A DNA stretch of 64,000 nt, taken from contig CBFIDD010000001.1 of the NCBI GenBank assembly GCA_965661285.1, positions 128,001 to 192,000 of the forward strand. The letters are read 5' to 3'. A program made the position numbers and the translations under genes. Source of the stretch: Poseidonia sp. GTDB lineage: Archaea > Thermoplasmatota > Poseidoniia > Poseidoniales > Poseidoniaceae. Positions within the stretch are counted from its first letter, which is position 1, and each line of letters begins with the position of its first letter. Positions 37,201 to 44,368 of this stretch are shown here, in pieces. Below the pieces are notes generated by a model, which saw only the letters and a list, made by a program, of their open reading frames with translations, was not told the DNA's origin and did no database searches.

Positions 37201-39129
37201 TGGAATCACGTTGGAACTGGTATGGGCTGCGCTCAAGGAAGGCGTCGCCGTGAGCGGGATACTGAGCGAGCCGGCCACGGAGTAGTTGTCAGCGGGACCT
37301 TGGATGGTCATGACGGCATGGGCCGTTTCGCCCAAATTCATGCCCGGCAAGGACGTGGGGGTCAGGCCGATAGCCCACCGTGCTGCTTCTTCAAAGCCGC
37401 CGGATGAATCTGAGGTAAAGACCGGCGTGCCAAGCGACAGGGTGGTGTCCACGGTCTCGGAAAGTTCGGTGGCGAGGTTGTGTCGAACCTCAACGTCGAG
37501 GTCAAGAATTTCTTGCAGCCCCTGACCCTGCTGTGCGAGCATGACCTCTTCGACGGTCATATCGATGCTATCGGTTGGAAGGCCGGGGTCAACCACGATA
37601 ACGGGAAGGATCTGAACGGGCGTTGAATCAACTTTGGGCACGCCACCATCCACCGAGACTGCCTGCGCCCACACCGACAAGGTGTCCCCGTGACCGTTGT
37701 ACTCTGCCTGCACCAGCGGGTTTTTGATGACCGGCGGCGTTGCCGTGAGGGTGACATTGACAGATTCGCCCGGTGTCAAAGTCCCCGTATACGTGCTTGA
37801 GAATTCAAGGTCCCAGTTCAGCGGGTTGGATGAGATGCCTCCTGTGAGCAAAAAGACGGTGTCGGAGTTTCCACGGTTGGTGACATTGACCTGAAGCGGG
37901 AAGGGTTGGCCGGGCGTGAGGTCTTTGGTATCGGCATCCATTTCGACGCTGACATTGTAAGATTCACTGGCGAGGACGGTCGTTGTGACGGTTCTGGTGA
38001 TTTGATTGTCGTTTGCAGACGTCAACGTGAACGTGACGATTTCAGAATCTGTTCGCAGTGCCGTAGCGGGAACGGAGACGTAAACCGAAACATAGCGAGT
38101 GTCACCGGGCATGGCGGTGGGCGTTGTTGATGCAGGAGAAACCGATGAAACCCAGCCCGATACCCCACTTGCCGAAATGGCATAACTGTCAACGCTGACG
38201 CCCGTGTTTTTCACCGAGTACGTCAACAACGCTGTTTGGCCAGGCTCGACGCTGCGAGTGTGGGCTGCTGTCAGTTCGAAGTCAAAAGACGAGAACACCA
38301 CGGTGTGATTGAGGAATTCAATGGATTTCGACCAACCAAAACCAACGACGTGCATTTCCCCCACCACATCGTATTGGCCGGAAAGCGAAGTCGCATCAAA
38401 TTGCATGTTGACGGGTTGAGGGCTCGCTCCAACGGGCGGTGCAAGGGAACCGGGGCGCACCGTGCTCACGATTTCGGATTGCCTGCTGAACGTGTTGGCG
38501 GGATTGCCGACTTCGGTGAAGTTGAGGAAGAACGTCGCCGATTGATTTTTCACGCCGTCGTTGCGTACACTGACGTTGAAATCGTGAAGAATTGGCGACC
38601 ACACCACGCTGTTCCCACCATTCGATGGCATGGGTATGTCAACGGTATCGGCCGGGACGCTGCTCTCTTGATAGCGACTGACATTCACGACAAGTTGGTC
38701 TTCGTTATTGTTGCTGTTGGCGTCCATGGTCGAGGAAACCCGTGCTTTCAAAATCTGATTGTTGCCAAGTGTTGCCTGCCAAGAGAACAAGGTGACGGCG
38801 CTGTATTGACCAGCACCGATGACGCCGAGGTCGGTGCTTCCCACCACCACGTCGCCTGATGAAGAGGTCCCCTGAAGCAGAAGCGTGAGGGTGGCTTGAC
38901 CGGCACCGAGCCCGGTGTTTTGCACCTGCACGCGAACCACGTGGGTGGCGTCTTCCACCTCGATGCCGCCGCCGAGGTAAATGGACCCGGCATCGTCGAG
39001 CGTAAAGGACGAGACGACGAAATCCGGAGTTGACCGCCCTCCGTCCGCAACGGCCAGTGGCGTCAGACTGGCCATCAGCATGACCATGACCAGCGAGACG
39101 GGCAAGGCGATTTTAGACAGGGTCCGCAC
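34207..39129 (-). CDS. Very large membrane protein: signal peptide, tandem CARDB/COG1470 (NEW3-like) Ig domains, C-terminal multi-TM domain
   Basis: Probable GTG start at 39129 (VRTLSKIALPVSLVMVML), ~1640 aa; repeated V.NTG/N.GN motifs; ~5 C-terminal TM helices; acidic tail. Confidence 0.88.
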   Translation of the reverse strand: MRTLSKIALPVSLVMVMLMASLTPLAVADGGRSTPDFVVSSFTLDDAGSIYLGGGIEVEDATHVVRVQVQNTGLGAGQATLTLLLQGTSSSGDVVVGSTDLGVIGAGQYSAVTLFSWQATLGNNQILKARVSSTMDANSNNNEDQLVVNVSRYQESSVPADTVDIPMPSNGGNSVVWSPILHDFNVSVRNDGVKNQSATFFLNFTEVGNPANTFSRQSEIVSTVRPGSLAPPVGASPQPVNMQFDATSLSGQYDVVGEMHVVGFGWSKSIEFLNHTVVFSSFDFELTAAHTRSVEPGQTALLTYSVKNTGVSVDSYAISASGVSGWVSSVSPASTTPTAMPGDTRYVSVYVSVPATALRTDSEIVTFTLTSANDNQITRTVTTTVLASESYNVSVEMDADTKDLTPGQPFPLQVNVTNRGNSDTVFLLTGGISSNPLNWDLEFSSTYTGTLTPGESVNVTLTATPPVIKNPLVQAEYNGHGDTLSVWAQAVSVDGGVPKVDSTPVQILPVIVVDPGLPTDSIDMTVEEVMLAQQGQGLQEILDLDVEVRHNLATELSETVDTTLSLGTPVFTSDSSGGFEEAARWAIGLTPTSLPGMNLGETAHAVMTIQGPADNYSVAGSLSIPLTATPSLSAAHTSSNVIPTAITQTLTINIPPVLDALGHNGTTVDAMVGEETAYEIDLANTGNNMTSYRLTLSDVPDGWDVSFSSTSIMPSTTVIDVPADVANHPSNVTDHIVTFPLVVTTEPNAPANSVEPISIEVREMTTGIFITEFDVPVRVGEKVNASLSPTSQTVNLSIGDTLTTSVVISNDGNTPAQFGVYLDTSNAGEIDYVLETPSVVEIGAGYESTVRVRMTPSNDALAAANYYATVWVSNVDSGLNLSANILGNISEQHGMVLSTLDEIGVVPGESQTVDFSLINNGNLVENVVVETSVAGNWTVAPASVPLTLGVGESYSGSFDVDVPALGEDDSMLNGALYPVTMRVLNATTQEELEVHRFNFIVAPLFIVEVEDWPTSMDYHRGISRSWDVRVINTGNKDVEVNITYALFQAGLTTPSTDWEVSSTAPSSLLLRRGIPEDLTFTVRSVAIEPPLTLAANLVITLDPKEAAVQGSAEYTTELRMNRFFEQGDTAVTPPSDNGEQVFPITYSHIPVGPESAVPYELELCRADRLLDVGDLGQNASFYEWSFAVRVDDTDYPLNMSAYCGSTSLGPESRITLPSRQPWVTSEPIQLVIDAPDTPHILSGDGWDLTFRLYHPDENIGYTVFEEDTFTYELAVFANPAIIAQGPSNPDAFLEGVETTYSVTVRNLGTAQALGVSASLDCHGDVDILSTPDMYPLLAATEEHVFTWNVKPITIDWWEVNKDVLCDASLSYLYVGPGNDESNDNSAALRESGQEFGQETVQSWSPDLSIAFVACVVAALLSFIFIRLASQSEKWQLGGVYAGALAFGFAFHLFNVQYWGPAVLALCALWIWRMTWKSSDEFRLIHEDYQRARKGISTVYSDHFEALKDSRRQLTIILSIPILGMLAIVLGLPPQLSADSDNLVVMATYFFTIMVGVWYLLKRSDKMYGNLYGRMTDAEIKSIRIERDLGDPARLLNDLADDGLDFSALLGEDVSEPEETSSNSPAQIVIAPASTEVESDD

Positions 39130-39550
39130 CTCCGCTGTCGGGCTTGTTGAACCGGTCGATGGTGACCGCCTTCCCTTGTCGCTTCCATTGCGCAAGGAGT
39201 TGATTGAGAAGGGCTTCGTGCTCGCCTTCCGAAATACCGAGTCGTCGGCGCTCTTCCCACAGCAGCAACTGCTCGGTGCGTGTGAGAAGGGCGTCCCTCA
39301 GATAGAGTTCAAGCGTACGCCTGTAGGCATCACGGTCCGATATGGCGTAGACGATGCTGTCGCCGGGAACTTGGTCGGCCCTGTTTTGGATCATATTGCC
39401 CAGCATCAATGCCTCATCGTAGCTCAATTGGCGCTTGTCAAGGTCGGTTTGAATGGCGCTGGCGATTTCTTGCAGCGCATATTTGGTGTCAGCGCGCTGA
39501 ATCTTCTTGAAATGGCGGCGCGCTTTACGGGACATGCGCGAACCGACCAT
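39113..39550 (-). CDS. Conserved hypothetical protein with TerB-like C-terminal motif
   Basis: Start MVGSRMSRK; YRRTLELYLRDALLTRTEQLLLWEERRRLGISEGEH resembles the D-x-x-L/I-T-x-x-E...LGI TerB-like helix pair. Confidence 0.75.
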   Translation of the reverse strand: MVGSRMSRKARRHFKKIQRADTKYALQEIASAIQTDLDKRQLSYDEALMLGNMIQNRADQVPGDSIVYAISDRDAYRRTLELYLRDALLTRTEQLLLWEERRRLGISEGEHEALLNQLLAQWKRQGKAVTIDRFNKPDSGGADPV

Positions 39551-39736
39551 ATCATCCTCTGTCCTCTGCCAGTTATTCAAAGAATCGGTCGTGAACGGTT
39601 GAAATACCCAAGGTGAAGCCATTTTTATTCATCTCGCATAAACAATCCACTGCGCATCATTACAAGACAAATTTCCCCCGGAATTGTATGATATTGTGAA
39701 GCAATGGCTTTAGTGGCGGGCACTTGAGGAGCCATC

Positions 39737-40222
39737 ATGAGCGATCCTGTACAATTGAGCCCCGGCGACGGCGCACCAACCTTTGAAGCCCTCGACCAAG
39801 ACGGCGAAGCACACAACTTGCAGACCTACCTCGACGATGGAAAAACCGTGATTCTCTACTTTTACCCGAAAGACTCGACCCCCGGATGCACCGCCCAAGC
39901 ATGCGACTTCCGCGACAACATGGCCCGTTTGAGCAGCGAACAGTATGTTGTTCTCGGCGTGTCGAAGGATTCCGGCAAATCCCACCAAAACTTCGTTGCA
40001 AAGCAGGAGCTGAACTTTCCGTTGCTCGTTGATGAGGACCTGGCACTGCACCAAGCCTTTGGTACGTGGCGACTCAAGAAAAACTACGGTCGCGAATACA
40101 TGGGTACTGCGCGGTCCACCTTCGTCATCCAACCCGACGGCACCCTTCGTTGGTGTCGCTACAACGTGAAAGCCAAAGGCCACGTTGGCATGTTGATGCG
40201 CGAACTCGGCATGGGTGAATGA
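39737..40222 (+). CDS. bcp: Thioredoxin-dependent peroxiredoxin BCP/PrxQ
   Basis: YFYPKDSTPGCTAQACDFRD, GVSKD, RSTF. Confidence 0.95.
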   Translation: MSDPVQLSPGDGAPTFEALDQDGEAHNLQTYLDDGKTVILYFYPKDSTPGCTAQACDFRDNMARLSSEQYVVLGVSKDSGKSHQNFVAKQELNFPLLVDEDLALHQAFGTWRLKKNYGREYMGTARSTFVIQPDGTLRWCRYNVKAKGHVGMLMRELGMGE

Positions 40223-40231
40223 GGGACCATT

Positions 40232-40714
40232 ATGACCGACCTCCCGCTCACCGGTCAACGCATTGACCTGGAGGATGGAAGTGTTGCATGGTGGCCTTGC
40301 CACATCGGCAAGAACGCCACCGTTGGCTCAAATTGCAGCATTGGCGCGCTCGCCCACATCGGCCAGCGGGTGGTTCTTGGGAAGGGGTGCAAAATTCAAG
40401 GCAGTGCCTACATCGCTGACGAATGCGTCCTGGGCGACAACGTCTTTGTGGGCCCCGCAGCCGTGGTGCTCAACGATAAATTTCCACCCTCCAACGACCG
40501 TTCCAAGTGGCGTCCTGTTCATGTGGGAGACGGTGCGGTGATCGGCGGTAATGCCACGGTTATCCCCGGCAATAACATCGGAGAGGGTGCTGTTCTCGCA
40601 GCAGGAGCGGTGTTGACCAAACACCTCCCCGCCCAAGAGGTATGGGGCGGCAATCCGGCGGTGTTCCTCATGACGCGAGCGGCCTATGAGCAGCGAAGGG
40701 AGGCGAGCCGATGA
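40232..40714 (+). CDS. Hexapeptide-repeat acyltransferase (WbpD/WxcM-like sugar N-acetyltransferase)
   Basis: Left-handed beta-helix repeats, VFVGP..V.LNDKFP, IGGNATV, GNPA. Confidence 0.88.
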   Translation: MTDLPLTGQRIDLEDGSVAWWPCHIGKNATVGSNCSIGALAHIGQRVVLGKGCKIQGSAYIADECVLGDNVFVGPAAVVLNDKFPPSNDRSKWRPVHVGDGAVIGGNATVIPGNNIGEGAVLAAGAVLTKHLPAQEVWGGNPAVFLMTRAAYEQRREASR

Positions 40715-41520
40715 CCGATGAGCGCACTGCAGTCGCTTCGTTTTTGAAAAAGTGCAACGTGTATGCACAGGCGTCCATTCAGCGAAAACGAGAACGTGGG
40801 GGAGAAGATGAAATCCCAAAGTGGGAGGCCTACATCGAGTTCAACGACCACGCCCTCGAGGAGATTGCCAACGGCACCCTTGACCGCTGGTTCAACGACG
40901 ACCACGTGGCTGACACCCCCGTTCACCGCATGCCAGTTGACGCCATGGACCACATCGACCGGAGCATTTGGTTGAACAGCATCCTCTCCCCTCGCCCGGT
41001 CGTCATCGCAGGGACGACGGACGAAAACGGGGGCAGAAACCTCGCCCCGCTCTCATCGGTCATGCAGGTATCAACCAGACCACCCTACCTCACGGCGTCG
41101 TTGTCCATCCACAAGGACAAGCGCCCGAGGGACACTCTCCAGAACCTACGAAACGGCTCAACCGTCGTGCTCAACGTGATGCCGCCCACGCCCCGTGGAG
41201 CTGCCATCGTCGACGAGACCGCCACGCCGCTTCCCCGTGGTGAAGACGAAGGTCAACTCATCCCGCTTGAAACGCTCCCTGACCAGCCGCTGTTGCTGAG
41301 CGAAGCCGTGGCCGCCATCGAGGCCAGCTTTGTCGAAGAACATCCGCTTCCGGATGCTGTGGCCACCCTCGTGGTGCTCAAAGTCGAAGCGGTTTGGTTC
41401 TCGACCACCACCATGCCGGTGGGCGGCCTCGATGTGCTGTGTCAGCATGGCAGAGACGACATGACGCCATCGCCCCAAGGATGGACCAGGCGCGTCGAGA
41501 AACACTACGGCCCCGTTTGA
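40711..41520 (+). CDS. Flavin reductase-like (DIM6/NTAB) protein with N-terminal extra domain
   Basis: SPRPV, NLAPLS, PRDTLQN motifs; ~60-aa helical N-terminal extension. Confidence 0.8.
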   Translation: MTDERTAVASFLKKCNVYAQASIQRKRERGGEDEIPKWEAYIEFNDHALEEIANGTLDRWFNDDHVADTPVHRMPVDAMDHIDRSIWLNSILSPRPVVIAGTTDENGGRNLAPLSSVMQVSTRPPYLTASLSIHKDKRPRDTLQNLRNGSTVVLNVMPPTPRGAAIVDETATPLPRGEDEGQLIPLETLPDQPLLLSEAVAAIEASFVEEHPLPDAVATLVVLKVEAVWFSTTTMPVGGLDVLCQHGRDDMTPSPQGWTRRVEKHYGPV

Positions 41521-42491
41521 AGCTCGTCCCATGCCTTCGCCAACCCCTCGGCCAACGATGTTTTGGGTTGCCAACCAAGTGCAGAAGAAGCCGAGGTGGT
41601 GTCGGGGAGACGACGTTGTGAATCACCGGGATAGCCGCCACCAAGCACCATGTCCACCGCCAGCGTGCCGACCGTGTCGTTGACGCATTCGGCCAAAAAG
41701 CGCATGCTCACCTCTTCGGTTGAACCGATGTTAAAACTCCGCCCTGCGAGGCTTGCACCATCACGGCCAACGTCCAATTCGCCGGCGAGATAGAATCCCT
41801 CCACCGTATCGTCAATGTACGTCATGCTCCTCGTTTGAAGCCCGTCGCCGTGGATGCGCATCGGTTGCTGTTGCTTGACGGCGTTGAAGAACATCCCCAC
41901 CACCTGGCCATAGTCGTTCCCAAGCATGTTGGCGCCGTAGGCGTTGAACGGGCGTACGATTCGAGCGTCCAACCCGTTTCGAACAGCGTGCTGCACGGCG
42001 ACTTCATCGAGGTACTTGCTGGCGCCGTAGGAAAAGCGTTGGTGCTGTGAGGCGGGTGGAAAACGGCTGCTGTCCTCCTCCTGCAACGGCATGGTCTCGT
42101 TCTCGCCAAACGCCTCGGGCGAGGAGGCCAGAACAAAGCGAGCGCCCCATGCCATGGCTTTCCTCAACGCCACCAAGGTGCCGTTGATGTTGACGTCGAT
42201 GACGTCCAAGGCCGCTTCGTCAAACCACTTCGTGCCGTTGATGGCCGCCAAGTGATGAACGAGGTCAACGCCTCCCAGCGCTTGTGCACATCGCTCAAGG
42301 TCGTCCGGTGTCGTAACATCGCCTTCCACGACCGTGAGGTGAGCGTGGTCGGCAACCGAGAGCAAGTTGGCTTTGCTTCCGCGCCAATAATTATCCAAAA
42401 CAGCCACATGATGGCCTGCGGCCAGCAAACGTACGACCAGGGCCGACCCGATGAAGCCGGCACCACCGGTGACCACCACGCGTTTGGTCAC
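41505..42491 (-). CDS. NAD-dependent nucleotide-sugar epimerase/dehydratase (UDP-glucuronate decarboxylase-like)
   Basis: TGGAGFIG, YGASK, RPFNAYG, GDGLQTRS; GTGA overlap with the aconitase X gene. Confidence 0.92.
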   Translation of the reverse strand: MTKRVVVTGGAGFIGSALVVRLLAAGHHVAVLDNYWRGSKANLLSVADHAHLTVVEGDVTTPDDLERCAQALGGVDLVHHLAAINGTKWFDEAALDVIDVNINGTLVALRKAMAWGARFVLASSPEAFGENETMPLQEEDSSRFPPASQHQRFSYGASKYLDEVAVQHAVRNGLDARIVRPFNAYGANMLGNDYGQVVGMFFNAVKQQQPMRIHGDGLQTRSMTYIDDTVEGFYLAGELDVGRDGASLAGRSFNIGSTEEVSMRFLAECVNDTVGTLAVDMVLGGGYPGDSQRRLPDTTSASSALGWQPKTSLAEGLAKAWDELQTGP

Positions 42492-44263
42492 GCTTGAACA
42501 CGCTCCACGACCTTGAGTTGAACGCCGGTTTCTGTTCGGCTGAATTCAACCGTGTCACCGGTGTTGACAGCCATACAGGGGTCCTCGTCAAAGCCGTGGC
42601 CGTAGGGCAACCCGAGCAGGGAACAGGCAGGAAGGGTTAGCGGGCAAATGTCTCGATTGACGATGGCTCTGGGACCTTTTCCGGTGTAGATCAGCCCCAT
42701 GAGAACATAGGGGGCGACCGTGGAGCCCGAACCCTTGGGGTAGATGAGGACCGTGTCTTCAATCGCCACGCCGTCCAGTGGATGCCCCGGCTCTTCGATG
42801 ACCCCAGTGTCCCGGTTGACGTACCCGAGATAGGTGATGGGGACATCCGTGACCAACGCACGTCCGCGGACGGTGAAGGTGTCCTGAGAGCGAAGTCCAG
42901 AACCCGCGAGCGACGCATCACCCGAACGGTGAGTTTTGGCGGAAGCGTGTTGTGGCTGGGCCTTGGGCTGGAGAACGGGAACTTCGCCGTGGCTCAATGT
43001 CGGGTCGATGGCATGGGCGACACAGGACTCAATGGGCATGACCGAGGTGGGCAGGCGATTCAATCCGCTCGTCAAGTAGTGCTCTGCCTTCAGAGAGTTG
43101 GTCAGCAGGTGGTTGTACTTTGAGCGATTGTACGGGGTGACCTCCGGGCAGGTATCTTTGAGCAACAACGCCCCTGCCTCCTCGAGCAGTGCAATGGTGC
43201 CATCGCCTTGAGCCAGTTCGTAGTTCTCGCCGCTGGTGAAGACCCAGAGACGGTGGTCGGGAATTTTTCGCCCCATCTCCATGTGCCCCCTCAGGGCGGA
43301 GGCGGTGATGCGGAGTTCCTCAAGGCTGGCCTGTGGACACCCGATGACCACCAAATCCACCCGACCCTTGGGCGCGAGGTCGTCGTAGCGCTTTTGCAGG
43401 TCGTCCTCCGTGAACCTCAATTCGCCTTGCCAACCACCTTCTGGCGGGGAAACGGTACCGTCGCCACCTCGGGCCAACGGCGGTGAGGCCGTGTGCCCTT
43501 CCGCCCACAACATGGCGCAGCCGTAGTTGGCCGCAGCAGCCGTCAGCGCCTTTTTTGATGCAAACGACATGAAGGAAGGGAGACCCGTGATGTAAGGCAT
43601 GGGACCGTAGGGCATGTCCCATTCGGGACGAACCTGCTTTCCAATCCAGTCGCCAAAGACCGACCAGTCCGACAGGTGGGTCATTTCGCAATCGAGGTGG
43701 ACGTGCAGGTTGGGTGTTCGGTTGGCCTCGAGGTGCAACCCCCACCTCGGGGCGAACCCGGTCAAGGCGGTGGCCAAAGCGGAGAGACCGGATTCCCGAT
43801 TCGTAATCAGCGAAGTCCACGTGTTGGAGAAGCAAACCGCGTTGGATTCGGCCCACGAGGCGATGCCACGCTCGCCCTCAATACCGCGGTCATAAGGCGT
43901 ACAGGACAAGGTCGCATCGATGCCGAGTTGTTCGTAAGCGTGAACGATTTCGAATTGTTGTTCGAGAAAATCAGGCCAGGCGATGTCCATCTCCTCCATC
44001 TTCTCACGGTCGCAACCCGCTGAATTCAACGTGGTCGGGATGGCGACTTCGCCATCGCCATCGGCGGACAGGTCCTTGAGGAAACGGCGCAAACCGTGCC
44101 CCCCGGTGATGACGGACACGCCCGAGACGTGAGCATGGACGGCGGAAATGTAGCCGTCAGCCTTGGCCGTGTCGGCCAGGTCGACGACCAAACGCGCCGC
44201 TTTTTGACGCGTCTTTCCTTCTTCGCCGGCCAACTGGTTGAGCAGACGCTGTGGAGGCTCCAT
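42488..44263 (-). CDS. Aconitase X, large (DUF521) and swiveling (DUF126) subunits fused; putative phosphomevalonate dehydratase
   Basis: AHVSG, SCTPY, WAESNA, TNRE, IGCPQ, KDTC, TNSLK; C-terminal ITYLG...GHPL.G...PKGSGSTV swivel domain. Confidence 0.9.
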   Translation of the reverse strand: MEPPQRLLNQLAGEEGKTRQKAARLVVDLADTAKADGYISAVHAHVSGVSVITGGHGLRRFLKDLSADGDGEVAIPTTLNSAGCDREKMEEMDIAWPDFLEQQFEIVHAYEQLGIDATLSCTPYDRGIEGERGIASWAESNAVCFSNTWTSLITNRESGLSALATALTGFAPRWGLHLEANRTPNLHVHLDCEMTHLSDWSVFGDWIGKQVRPEWDMPYGPMPYITGLPSFMSFASKKALTAAAANYGCAMLWAEGHTASPPLARGGDGTVSPPEGGWQGELRFTEDDLQKRYDDLAPKGRVDLVVIGCPQASLEELRITASALRGHMEMGRKIPDHRLWVFTSGENYELAQGDGTIALLEEAGALLLKDTCPEVTPYNRSKYNHLLTNSLKAEHYLTSGLNRLPTSVMPIESCVAHAIDPTLSHGEVPVLQPKAQPQHASAKTHRSGDASLAGSGLRSQDTFTVRGRALVTDVPITYLGYVNRDTGVIEEPGHPLDGVAIEDTVLIYPKGSGSTVAPYVLMGLIYTGKGPRAIVNRDICPLTLPACSLLGLPYGHGFDEDPCMAVNTGDTVEFSRTETGVQLKVVERVQA

Positions 44264-44368
44264 GGACTTTCCATCACTTGAAGCCTCATGAACTCACCCC
44301 CACCGACACAACAAATCCAATCATCATCGCCGTTAGATTAAGAATCGTTGACGTCCCTCTATCCGTTC

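Noticed and set aside
39616-39710. 8-bp inverted repeat AAGCCATT...AATGGCTT flanking an AT-rich stretch as a MITE
   Set aside because: Too short, single copy, no target-site duplication; more simply a divergent promoter region.
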